A stretch of DNA of 64,000 bases. It comes from Camelus dromedarius (Eukaryota). Location of the stretch: NCBI RefSeq assembly GCF_036321535.1, contig NC_087437.1, positions 4,464,001-4,528,000 on the forward strand, in the 5' to 3' direction. The notes under the pieces are model-generated. The model was not told the origin of the DNA and ran no database searches. It saw nothing but the letters and a program-made list of their open reading frames with translations. Positions within the stretch are counted from its first letter, which is position 1; the number at the start of each line of letters is the position of its first letter. The position numbers and the translations under genes were made by a program. This document shows, piece by piece, positions 13,216 through 25,349 of the stretch.

Positions 13216-13289
13216 AACTGGCTTTTAACCCTGATTATGTTAGTAATAAATCATGAAAACTATAAACTCTAAAAATCTTACAGTTAAGT

Positions 13290-13760
13290 ATCTTCTTTCA
13301 CCCAATACATACTTTAGAACTACTACGTGTCAAGCATCCACTAGGCACTGACAAAGAAGATTCTGGGCCTTTCTTTCAGGGAACTTTCTGAGGAGGTGGG
13401 GAGACTGACAGGCAAAGAGAGAATCACGATGCAGTGTGACCAGTCCCATAACTGGGGAAGGCAAGGAGAGCCTGATCCAGTTGGAGATTGGGAGGATTCA
13501 GGGAAGGCTTCCTGGAGGAGGTGACCTAAGGGAGGAGAAGCTAGCCAGGTGTAATTGGGAAGAGGTGGTAACAAGACGTCAGCAGCAGGGACAGGATGAG
13601 TAAAGTCCCAGAGGTGACAGAATGTCCGTGGCTTCACAGCTTGATCTGGTGTGCAGGGCAGTGGGAGTAGGAAATAAGACAAACAGCCTGAGGTCACATC
13701 ACCCAGAGTATATGTCACACTAAGGAGTTGGGACTCGGTTTTTTACATAAATAGGGTCCC
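13290..13760. mobile_element. LINE-2 remnant
   Basis: cagggaaggcttcctggaggaggtgacct and flanking L2-typical sequence. Confidence 0.7.
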
Positions 13761-15178
13761 TAAGAACATTTTTTCCTCGAGAAATAAGAAAGCCAGAAAA
13801 CTACCCAAGAGACGGTCATGGAACAAAGCTAGCCCAAACCAGGTCAGCACTTTACAAAGGGAGGAAAGTTTTATTAGCATCTAGTTTTCTGGAAGATTCT
13901 ATCCACTAAGAACTTGGAGAGAGCATGGCGGGGGTTATTGATATGGACCTCATAGCTACTTCCCACTCCTCTTGTGGTGACACTCATCGAGGTCACCCTC
14001 CCACGTGGGCAGGTGTGTGTGTGAGTTCCCGTCTGTCTGACCTCTGTGTCTAGTGCTTCTTAACAACCTTCCTGGCCACGCCCCCCAACCAAAGACAGAC
14101 AGACCCGTGGTCGTTGCTGCCTTCTAGACAAATAGTTCACAGGCTCTGACCTTGGGGCCATATTATATGGAAAGCAGTGCTGCTAACACTAAATCCAACC
14201 ATCGTTTCTCAGAATGAACCACCAGGGATAATCTCTAAGGCGACTCTGTGTGCCTCTGGCCACCAAGGTGAAGGCTCACTTCATGCAAGAGTATTGTCTC
14301 CTCTTTGAATCCACCAGGCTGTGGCTGGAGGTAAACGCTTGATAAACATAAGTGTTCAAGAGACCGAATTTAACACATTGATTAATGGAAAAGTCAGCCT
14401 GCAGATATTTAATAATTAAATGTTTTGAGATTTATAGGCTAAAAGAAAATTTCTTCATTTTTAACCTTTTGCACCCACTCAGGAATTATTTTCTTGAAAG
14501 AAAAAAATTTTTAAATATCCTCCTAAATCTACCCCTTTACCTTTTTCTTCTTTAGACAAACAGGCCAAGATGAAGAGAAAGTGAAAAAGTTCCTCTCAGT
14601 GAACAGGAAAGGAGAAAGTGGAAAATTCAAAGGACTGGGTGGAATGGGGCATTCCTGGGGTCCCCTGATGCCAGTACATATACTTTTTTTTTTTCATAAA
14701 GTGACTCTTTAGTACAAAACTAATACAAAATCCCCGTACAAGGTGAAGTTTGTCATCTTTCCTGGAATGGGAGCTCTGAAATGTTTTATTAGACGTGAGT
14801 TTACTGGCAGATTTTAGTCATCAAGAAAAAAAGAAGAAAACTAAACAAGTTGGTCTCCTTGAAAGTTATGAGCTTTGCTCCCCCCGAGTAATTGACAACA
14901 CGAGAACTCCAGTCAATTGTGTTTTCCGAAGTTGGTGTGGCCATCACTCCAGCCCACGTGCTCTTGTTCATTGCCCTCCCTGATCAAGAGGTGGTGGCAA
15001 TGTCCCGCCCCTTTCTACCCACTGAGAACCAGTAGAACATGGGTGATCTCCAAGTCTGGGTCGTAAGAGGCCATGCGGCTTCTGCCTTGTTCTCTGGGCA
15101 CCAGAGCCCCACACCAGCATGTAACAAGTCCACCCCGGGCTACTGATGCAGGAAAAATGGGGCGCGAGAAGGTGGTCA

Positions 15179-15750
15179 TGTCTCAGTAGAGTCCCTGGGG
15201 CGCACTCCACCAAGGGCACTCCGCCTTGGCTTCGCGAAGGAAATCATTCAAGGGCAAGCTACAGGTGAGTAAAAGTGGATTTATTCAGAGACATACATAC
15301 CCCATAGACAGCGTGCAGACCGTCTCAGGAAGCCAGAGGGGCCACAGGGCATGGAGGTGGGTGTTTAGTTTAAAATAAAAGTAGATGCGCTGTCTACAGA
15401 CAGAGCGGGAGCCTTCTCAAAAGACAAGAGAGACACCACGCGGCATGGGGGTGGTTAGTTTTCCGGGCTGGGTAACTTCATATGCTAACAAGTGGGACGG
15501 TTATTCCAACTACTTTGGGGAAGGGGTGGGATTCCCAGGAGTTGGGCCACCGCCCACTTTTTGGCCTTTTATGGTCAGTGTGGGAGCTGTCCTGGCACCT
15601 GCGGGAGCGCCCTTTAGCAGCTACTGTGTTACAATGAGTGTACAATGAAGCTCCAAGTCCAGAGTGAATCTTCTGCCGTCTTGGTGCTCGTTACTGTGCC
15701 ATTCTTTGACTGGCTGTGCCCCACCGGCTCCCCTCCCCTCCCCTCCCGTC
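15179..15750 (-). mobile_element. Solo ERV LTR
   Basis: Reverse polyA signal (gatttattcag ~15279) and LTR-like composition. Boundaries approximate. Confidence 0.6.
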
Positions 15751-15914
15751 CCACTGCCGAGCTGTGAGGAAGCCAAGTCAGGTGGAGAGACCGCGTGCAG
15801 GCACCCTGGTCAGTGGCCTCAGTCTCTGAGTCCTTCCAGCCCTGGCACCACGCCTGTGAGAAAACACAAGCTTCAGATCAGCCCGGCCCCCAGCTGCCAC
15901 GTGATAAACTGCCA

Positions 15915-16145
15915 TAAATTAGGAGTTTGGAACTAACACACTACTGTATATAAAACAGATAAACAACAAGGACCTACTGTACAGCACAGGGAACTGTATT
16001 CAATATCTTGTAATAAGCTATAATGGAAAAGAATCTGAAAATATATGTATATATGTATGTATATGTATAACTGAATCACTTTATTGCACATTGTCAATCA
16101 ACTACACTTCAATAAAAAAGAAAATAAAAATTTAAAAAAGAAAAT
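15915..16145 (+). mobile_element. 5'-truncated L1 3' end
   Basis: aaacagataaacaacaaggacctactgtacagcacagggaac... ending in aataaaaaag and an A-rich tail. Confidence 0.88.
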
Positions 16146-17084
16146 TACAGCAAACACACACAAAGTTTGCTCTGGGCTAGCACTCCGCCGTGTGCTTTAT
16201 GTATATATTCACCTACACTCCACAATAATCTTACGAGGTAGGACCATTATTACCTCCATTTACGATGCAGACGTTCTGTCAGGTACTGTGTGACCGAGGG
16301 GATGCAGAGCAGAAGCAAACAGCAAATTTGTGGGTTTCTCAGACATTGAAATATCACCTACAGACCTCATTTCAACATTTCACCCCTTTGGAAAGTTAAC
16401 ACTTTTTAGTATTTTTGTGTATATGTGCAATTCACAAATACACTCTCACTGTACAGATCATCAGACAAATGCTAGGCACCTTTTCAGAGTCCTGTTCTCT
16501 CACAATTGCTGCTGCTGCCACCAGTGCTTTGTGGTTTGGGATCCCCATCCCACCCGTGTAATCCACAGGGCCTCCCTCCCCTCAAGCCTCTGCCCCTTAC
16601 CCTCTGCCCTGGCTTTCCACTGACTTCACGGCAGAAACCGACTTGGCACCATCACTCATGCAACCTAGAAAGGCCAGAAGAATTAACACCCCAATAGCCA
16701 GTATTATTTCATTCAACACCTTTTTTAAATTCCACAGGCCAGGCACTGAGGGTTAAAAGGAAATAGACAAAACAGTTCACTTGGTGGAAAGAGAAAGACT
16801 CACATCTTCAGTTTGAGCATCACTTGATAATTGCTAAGAAAGACGTCTGTCAGGAACTGGGAGGCCTGAGGAAGCAGCATCGAAGCCTGCCCTGGGGAGT
16901 CTCACACTGTGTCCTGGTAGAAGCGATGCTTGAGTTGAGTCCCAAAGGCAGAACAAAAGCAAAACAGGGGGAGAAGAGAGGGCGTTTCAGGCTCCACGAG
17001 CGGCGGAAGCATCGTGCTCAGGGTCTGGGGAGGACTGTGACTCGCTGGGTCTGGCTGCGGGGAGGTGGTGGCCCTGAGATTGAT

Positions 17085-17278
17085 AGCAGTGCTTCTCACA
17101 CTTCGGCTGAATCAGAGTCACCTGGGGAAGGGAGCTGCTGTACCCAGATTGCTGGGCCCCACCCCCAGAGTCTCTGATCCCGCAGGTCTGGCTGGGGCCC
17201 CAGAGTGTGTGTTTCTGACGGATTCTCAGTGATGCCAATGTTGCAGGTACAGGGACCACCTTTAGAGAACCACTGTTC
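17085..17278. mobile_element. MER5A-like MITE
   Basis: cagtgcttctca...cagattgctgggccccacccccagag...gagaaccactg termini. Confidence 0.8.
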
Positions 17279-17688
17279 CAGATTTAAAAGTCGGTACAGG
17301 AAACCCAGGGTCTGTCCCCAGCCAAGACCCCGCCCATGGCCCATGCCCTTGAAATTCCAGCCCTTGGGGTCAGCACATCATGATCAAGGTGTCAAGGGGG
17401 AAGGGGGCTGAATTCCTTCCCTTCCGTCCCGCCTCCGCTGTATGGGTCCATGTCCTTGAAGTGTCCTTCCTTCCTCCCTATTACTTTCCAACCTGTGATG
17501 CCTGAGCACTGCTTCTCCAGCTTCCACCATTTTGTACAACTTCTAAGGAGACACAGCTTTGAGGAGTCATCTGGGTGCAGGGGAGAACCCCGAGTGCTCC
17601 CACACCCCCTCCAGACTGTACCCATTGATGCCTCAGGCCCTGACATCTCATGGAAACTGCCAACTCCGGTGACCTGCTTCCCTTCCCA

Positions 17689-18640
17689 TGTAAGGGGAAA
17701 CGAACTAACTTCCCCGCCCACAAACACCACCCGGCCAGGTCCCGCTTGTGAGAAGCAAAAGTAACTGCTGGCCCTTGGCATTTTGGTTATATTGGCCCCC
17801 TTACTCCGATCAGAGACCAATTTTCATGTTGGAACATTAGAATCAGAAACTGAGAGAGAAGGTTCCACTAAAAGAGAACACAGGCTTTGTCTTCTAACAG
17901 ATTTAATAACTGTGGTCCATTTGAAATGTTAGTTCCAACTACGTAAAACTGCCACGTTAGAAGTTCAAAACAGTCCATTATATGCAATTCCATATGATTC
18001 ACATTATTATGTATTCTAATTACATTAAATATATAAAATTTTATCTACGTCTTAATTTTTAAATAAATATTCAATATATTAAATTGTATACCCTAATTTC
18101 ATGTATATCCTAATTATATGTTTTAATAGATATAAATGTTAATTATACATCTAAGTGTATTTGAGCTACATAATTTCTGTATATCCTAATCGTATACGTA
18201 ATCATACATATACCATATATATGATTATATATATACCAAACCATATATATCCTAATTACGTATGTTAATTATATATATTCTAATTGTGTCTCTTCTAATT
18301 TTAAACTTCTTTATTATATATGTATGTGTGTGTAGGTGTAGATAGACAAAGATATACATGTTAGGCTACATGTAAAATTACGATATATTTATGTGATTGC
18401 AATCACGTGCACACAGCCACAGCACGGGGAATTCAGAGCCTGGCAGGTAAGGAAAATCAGGACTGTTCTCTGTGGATTTCCGAGAGCACAGCACCCCCGT
18501 GTGTCTGCTCGCGGAACTACGTGTGTGTATCCCAGCGCGCTGGTCCCTCTTCATTCACTTAATATATATTTATTGAGCACCTGCTGCTAACCTGGGCTAG
18601 ATTCAGAGCACAGCGATTTCCAGTCTGAAGCCTCTGTGGG
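17689..18640 (+). repeat. Left arm of a diverged ~1 kb inverted repeat (partner 25350-26554)
   Basis: Exact inverted matches CCCACAAACACCACCC (17717-17732 vs 26512-26527) and GATCAGAGACCA (17808-17819 vs 26430-26441). Collinear weaker blocks continue to ~18620/25368. Confidence 0.85.
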
Positions 18641-19419
18641 GCTCTCAGGGCACATGAACTCCACCCCCAGGCGGAGAAGGTCAGTGTGGGGCAGACTGGG
18701 TGGAAGATGGGGGTTGGAGGGTGCGTGTCCCAGAGAGCTGGGGCAGCACCGCTCAGCCCTAGACGGGCTGCAAGGAGAGCATACGGGCGTATTACTTTTC
18801 CCAAGGGAAGCCAGAGATTCACATGTTGGTGAAAATGCCTGATTTTAAATAACAACTAATTCTATTTATTTCTCAGTACCGTGAGTCATCAGGCACCTGC
18901 GGGCTACCTTCAGCTCACACCCTGCCAGGTCTGAACCCCTGGCATGTACTTTCTCTATCCCTTCCCATCATCCTAGGGGGTCTCACAATGAGAGGAAGTA
19001 AATGCTGATCCTCGGGGTGCAGTGAACAGAAACAGACACAGCCCCTATCCTGAGGCTACAAAAATGGCGATTCCCTGACATCCTGACAATGGGAGAATTT
19101 TCTAGACTTGGAAAAAGCATACCCAGTTGACTCTGCTCTGGAACAATGTGACAACCTGCCAGTCCTGAATCCTTGCAAAGCCACAGAACAGAGACTTCAG
19201 TGAAAAAGAGCGGCTAAGCATTCTCACCAAAGAGTTAAGCAGCTCCTTCATCACCCTTCATCATCCCGGCGGAGGAGAGGGTGTCAAGCTGATAGAGGAA
19301 AAGCACGCAGAACTAGAGACCAACCCTGCCCCACAGTGTTAGTGGCTTCCTACCCACTGGCTGAGACTCGATCAGGAGAATTTGGAACTAAAACATCTAA
19401 ATTAGAATCCACTGGAATG

Positions 19420-20090
19420 AATGACTGAAATTCAGGAGGCTGACGATGTGAGGTGTTGGTGAGACTGGAGACACTGAAACACTCACACATGCTGGTGGGT
19501 GTGTGAACCACTACAACCAGCTGGGAAAACTGGATTTAAAACTAAACGTATGCATACCTTTTAACTCAGCAATTCCTCTCCCAGGTATATACCCAGGAGA
19601 AATGAGTGCCTATGTCCACTAAAAGCCAGGTAGAAAAATGTTCTTACTGACTTTCTGCATGTAAGCACAAAACTGGAAATAATCTAATGTTCATGAAGAA
19701 TGGAACAGATGCATAAATTATTTCATACTTATACAAGTGAATATCATACGGTATTTTAAAAGAGATAAACCACTGTCAAAAATATGTATAAGTCTCAAAG
19801 ATATAATGGTAAGTTAAAGAAACCAGGCTGAAAGAGTGTGTAACTCCATGACTCCAACTGCATGAAATTAAAGAAGAGGTGAGCTCAACCTACAATGAAA
19901 GAAGTTTGAATAGTTGCCATTTCTGGGTGGAAGGAGATACCACCTAAGAGGTGACATAGCAGAGTCTTCTAGGATCTTGGAAATGATTTTTATTTTAATA
20001 TGGGTGCACACAAATGTAAAAATGTGCTGAGGCATGCCCATTAAGACAGGTGCACTTTTCTCAATGATTGTTATAACTAAATTTTTTTAA
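19420..20090 (+). mobile_element. Old L1 (L1ME-like) 3' region
   Basis: cagcaattcctctcccaggtatatacccaggagaaatgagtgcctatgtccac is typical of the ORF2 3' end. Confidence 0.75.
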
Positions 20091-20789
20091 AGATTAAACA
20101 AATTAGAATCTTAGGGCCTATGTCGTTTGCAGCTGGGTATACTAGCAAAATACTGGCTCTTATTAAGTTTTATGTAAACTTGTTCAGACTCTTGATCCTT
20201 ACAGCCATTCCTGGAATCTAGGGAGGAGACCTTGGAAAGAGATATACTATAAAAATTTATTTATATTTATATATAGTATGTCTATAGTACATCACTTTCC
20301 AGGATGTGTGTGTGTGCTTCGTATTTTTTGGAAAAACCTAATCTGGCAGACACAGGGACGTTCTGCTCAGAACTCCCTTCACTGCCCACCTGAGAACAGC
20401 CCAGAGCCTCCGGATGTTAACCCCTTCATGTCTGCTCCAGCTCTCAAAGGAAAACATGCAATTCTTGGAACAGCCCCCAAACAATAACCAAGCAAGGCAG
20501 CAATATAAGGGCCGGACCATTTGTGCCCCAAATGAGACCCTCTACAGAATAATATTTGCTCTGGAGTTCCCCCATTAAACTGGAAGAGACTGTCAAAGTT
20601 TGTGGTTCCCCTTCCCGACCTTTCTTCCTCCCAATATCCTGCACAAATGTTCCAAGCAAGACTTCTCTTGGTCCATTTCAACCTCTGATTCCCTGAAAAC
20701 CCAACCCGTGACATATGATTAGAGTACCACCAAGATGCTGCTTGAAAAGCAAATGTCATGGTCTGAAACGCACTGATGGAACGTCTTGG

Positions 20790-21782
20790 GATAACGCTGC
20801 TAACAGAAATGGAATGTTACCCATGTTGATGGAAATAATCAATAAACAATTTATACTAGGAATAGAAAAAGAGTTTTATTTGAGCCAAACTAAGAACTAT
20901 AGCCCGGAAGACAGGCTCTCAGATGACTCTGAGGAACTGCTCCAGAGAAGCAGGGTTTTCAGCACAGTTTTGTTTTTGTTTTTGTTTTATTTGTTTGTTT
21001 TGATTTTTGTATTTTTTTTATCAAAGTATAGTCAGTTTCCAATGTTGTATCAATTTCTGGTGTACAGCACAATGCTTCAGTCATACATAGACATACATAT
21101 ATTCATTTTCGCATTCTTTTTCACCATAAGTTACTACAAGATATTGAATATAGTTCCCTGTGCTATATCAGCACAGTTTTACATCTTGTCAGAGCAAAGA
21201 ACATCCAACAAGTCAGAGACACATTCCTTCAAGTTTTAAAAGAGCAAAAACAAAAACAGATCTCTGTGTACACAGTGAGTCAGCACAGCCTTGGCACCTG
21301 GGAGGGGGGTCTTAGCATCAAAGGAGGACCGGCATTGGCACCCGGAAAGGGAGGCACTTAATCTTTATTTTCAAGATGGACATTCTTTATTTTTGTCAAT
21401 GTGCCCTTTTCTTTAATAATTAAAGCAGATGTACACGGCATGTTTGATAGGCCACAAACAGGCTTTGCTAGCATCAAATCCAAGTTAACTCACGTAAAAG
21501 CCAGAGTGACTTTTCCAGACCTCAACGTGTGAAAAAACTTTCTTTCATCAGCCACATGTGTAATTTTAAATTTTCTAGTAGCCAAATATTAAAAAAGGAA
21601 ACGAAACAGGCAAAACTGATTTTTACATATATTGTATTTAATCCAATATTTAAAATATGATTTCAATATGCAATCAATATTAAAAATAATTAATGAGATG
21701 TTTTACATGCTTCTTTGTAGTAAGTCTAAATCTTCTGCTTCAGCACATCAGTTTGGGCTAGGCACATTTCATGTGCTTCCAG
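20790..21782. mobile_element. MER3-like MITE split by a solo LTR (20824-21550), which itself carries an L1 tail (20972-21167)
   Basis: MER3-like halves flank TGTTGATG...CATCA (near-TSD CCCA/GCCA). The inner L1 tail has a 13 bp TSD TCAGCACAGTTTT (20959-20971, 21168-21180). Confidence 0.8.
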
Positions 21783-23013
21783 AAAGAGGAGCCGTCGGCC
21801 AAAAACAGACAAACTGAGGAGGACTGGTGACAAAAGAGTGGAAGTTGCATCTGTATTTCTAGCATGAATTAAGACAACTCTTTCCTTCTGAGATTCGGAC
21901 CAGGTGACATCACCCGCCCTTCTGTTGCTTGCTTTTCTGAGGTAGGACACCCTCCTCTTTTCATCATTACTATGTACCAAACTGTATATGATCCAGTTTT
22001 TCTCCTCAAACTCAGGAAGATATAGGCTGTCACATCACTGCCCCCTCCCACTCTGCTGTTGTCAGCAGGCCAAGGCACAGATGGCACTATTACCTACGTG
22101 CATAGCCCAGCCAGTGTTCTCGGAGTGAACCCTAATTTTGCCTGATGAGAGAGGGCTGTCACAAACCTCTGGGCATCTCAAAAATTATGGGCCATTTTTC
22201 AGGGAAAGTGTCCATAAGCAAATTTTGCATCTAATTTCAGGAGTTCACGATACTCCTGAAGTGATATATGGACTAGGTTAAGAGTGTCTATTCTTTAGTT
22301 ATTTCTTCCAGAGAACAAAGGTAAAGGTCCCTTAAGTCCCAGGGGTGGCCTTCCGTGCTCCAGCCCTGCCTCTGGCCTCATCTCCCCCGCCTCTCATTTG
22401 CACTGTTCACAGGGGCTCCACCCACTCTTTTGAAATGACCCGAACTCCCTCTGCCATGTCACACACTTCTGCACACTTGTTACATGCTGTTCCCTCCGCT
22501 CAAAACCCGTCCTTGCTTTCTGCTCCCTGGGGGGAGTTCTCTGCAGCTCAAACGTCAATTCAGAAAAACGTTCCCTGCCTCCCCCTCGTCCCACCATTGA
22601 GTTAATACCTCCTGTTGTCCATCCACTCGCATGTGATACTTCCATGCTAGCGTTCGGTACTTTTTGATACAATTAATTGTTTAAATATCTGTCTTCCTCC
22701 ATAAAACTGTGAGCTCCTGAAGGGTAGAGATTGCGTTTTACATACTGTTTCCCTATCATCTTGTGTAGAATCCAGAATAGAACTGGTGCTCAATTGATGT
22801 TGATAAAATATTGTTTACAAAAATGGTTATCTTACCTTTAGAAACAGCTTGAACAGTGAGATCCTGGCAGATAGATAAGAATTTTACACACTAATTCTTA
22901 TACTAAGGATGTTTGTTCGGGTCTTGAAGTAAATTTTGGTGTTTTTGGAAAGCTTAGATGTGAGAAAAAAAAAAAAACATTCTTCCCTGCCTATTCTTTC
23001 CCCTTAATTTTAG

Positions 23014-23563
23014 AGAAGAAACATAGAGTGAATTCTGGACAGTCCCTTTTAAAAAAAAATCAAGTCAACATAAAGTAAGACAAAATATATGATATCACTT
23101 ATATGTGGAACCAAAAAAAATACAAAGGAACTTACTAACAAACCAGAAACAGACTCAGAGACATAGAAACAAACTATGGTCACCAAGCGGGAAGGAGAGG
23201 GTAGAGGGATAAAGTAGGAGCTTAGAATTTGAAGGTACAAACTGATATATATAAAATAGATAACACAGTCCTACTGTATAGCACAAGGAGCTTTATTCAG
23301 TATCTTGTAATAACCTACAATGGAAAAGAATCTGAAAAAGAATATGTATAACTGAATCACTTTGCTGTACACCTGAAACTAACACAACATCGTAAATCAA
23401 CTCTACTTCAATTTTTTTAAGTCAACAAATATTAAAGGGACGCCACCTCCAATGAGAGCACATTCCTCTCTACTCTCTGACTTCCTGAAAAGCCTCTTAC
23501 AGGTCCCCATTCAAGTGACACATGAGGAGAAAGAGAGACAGTAGAAGAAATGGAAATACTCAG
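23014..23563 (+). pseudogene. CAPN7 exon-5 pseudo-exon (unprocessed partial duplicate), interrupted by an L1 tail
   Basis: Retains a polypyrimidine-AG acceptor (23012-13) and a CAG/GTAAAC donor (23563/4). Translates KSTNIKGTPPPMRAH and TVEEMEILR versus [15 protein letters not shown] and TAEEIEVLR in exon 5. In-frame TAG after three codons. Confidence 0.9.
23071..23418 (+). mobile_element. 5'-truncated L1 3' end inside the pseudo-exon
   Basis: L1 3' UTR sequence flanked by AAGTCAACA at 23062-23070 and 23419-23427. Confidence 0.9.
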
Positions 23564-25349
23564 GTAAACCAGGAACTAGTTGATGACTCAAGGAAATGAA
23601 GAATTCTATTAACATAAGAAAGGCAGATAATTTTGTCCTCATTACGTTTGTCCTACTACTACTTAGACATTTGTCACAGTGCACAGTGTTGCTATTATGT
23701 GATTAGAAATTATATTACCCTACAGTCAAAACTTGAAACCAACTCATAATATTTGTTAGTTCTGCTATCTTCAGGGTGCATTCCTTCTAGACGTAAGTGT
23801 TTCTGACAAACTCGATATTCTGCAAAATTAAGCCCTGAAGAATTAGGGACAAAAATAGGGCTCTGAGTGGATCAATCATAATCTAAGCAAGTTTGTAACC
23901 AAAGCCCTAGTGAAAGGAATCATTGCTACCTTGAAGTGATCATCTTGGCGGGGTTCCCCAGATGCCCATGGGCTGCCTCAGAGGAGATTTGTAAATACAC
24001 GTGACACCACATGGGCATCCTGAATGGCATTTCGAGACAACACAGGTGGGATGGGGCTCTGAGCTAGTGCCTGTTTTTATTTAGAACTGGCACTGAAAGA
24101 GGTACAACCCGCCGAGCATAACGCAAACATTCTTTTGTCAATTTCTTAAAATTGAGCTGGAAAGGCTCCCGCCGGGGCAGTAGCCACCTGGAAGATTTGC
24201 CTTTCACTTCCTGCTAATGTTTTTAATTCTGCTCATATAACAGGGCTCGCCATGCTTAGGAAAAGTTGTGCATCAACTAACACAACTGCCACCTACTGGA
24301 TAATGGAAATATCTGCTATCACAAAACCTACTTTCTTTCGAAAAATTGGGGAACCAATTACATTTTCAGTTTCTACTTAAGAAGCCGGTTTGAGATCATC
24401 AGAAAAGTATAAACTCTCTTAATTTGATATCGTGACACATTTCACCTCTGGGACTTTGTAGCATGCAAGCACTTTTAAATTGCTACCCAGAAGGGGATGG
24501 TGGATAGGAATTTAGACATCCGCTAGATGGATGCTGTAACTACTGAAACAATGAGAATCCTGACACCTAGTCCCAAGAACTTTCACTTCCTTTATAGAAA
24601 CAATGTGTTCTTTCCTCGTTCTGGATCCTACAATCAGTTGGCATAGTATAAGTAGTATATTTAACTACATTGTATAAGAAAAAACATTTTAATTCTAAGA
24701 TAGAAGTTGTGAGGAGATAGAAACCACGTAAGTGATTTGAATAAGAAAATTAAACATGAGGACATGCTAGCTCTTAAAAGGTAATTAATGACTAAAGGGG
24801 ATTTTTTTTTAAAAGGATTCTCAGTTCTACAGAAGCAGTAATTGCAGAAAGCAGCTATTCCTTCCAGAGCTGAGAGGCAGTGAACAAGGAAGGAGCTGAG
24901 AAATTCAGGCAAGGGCCACACTCCTGGGATGGCTGAGCAGCAAGTCTCTTTGCAGAGGGTGTGGCTGTCCAGGGATGTGTATCCTATCTGGGCAACTTGC
25001 TGGAGGGTCCTGGCAGAAACTGGTCCATATGAGTAACCTGTCTCCAATCATCATGGCGCTAGCTTGACCTGGCCATCTACATCACCTTCAGGTGTGGATG
25101 AGGGTGTGATTCATCGGGTACAGCTCCTTTAATGAGTCCTGCTGATTGGAGAGCTGTTGATTACAGAGACAAGTAATCCGCTTCCTTCCCCTCCCCCAAA
25201 ATACAATACATCCTGCGGTCACTACAAATAATTCTATTCAAAAGCCGGTGGGGGAAGGGAGGCACACAGCACACTAATTCTCAAATCCAGTTGTGCCTGT
25301 GCTTCCAGCCCCTTATCAGGACTCAGTCCTCCTCTCAGGGGTTTTTCTT

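Larger units (their letters stand above)
21870..24290 (+). repeat. Ancient segmental duplicate of CAPN7 intron 4 (3' part)-exon 5-intron 5 (5' part); paralogous to ~37630-40150
   Basis: Many collinear blocks, e.g. GTGGCCTTCCGTGCTCCAG (22345 and 38094), TTCACAGGGGCTCCACCCA, TCTTGAAGTAAATT, CCTTGAAGTG, GGTGGGATGGG(G/T)CTCTGAGC. Confidence 0.92.

Noticed and set aside
20658..20671. 14 bp match AAGACTTCTCTTGG shared with ~37105 in intron 4
   Set aside because: Isolated match inside an LTR-like remnant with no collinear flanking homology; likely chance.
24585..24640. Possible CAPN7 exon-6 remnant (tttatag-aaacaa-tgtgttctttcc) extending the duplicate
   Set aside because: Match is too short and AT-rich, and intervening intron homology could not be followed past ~24290.
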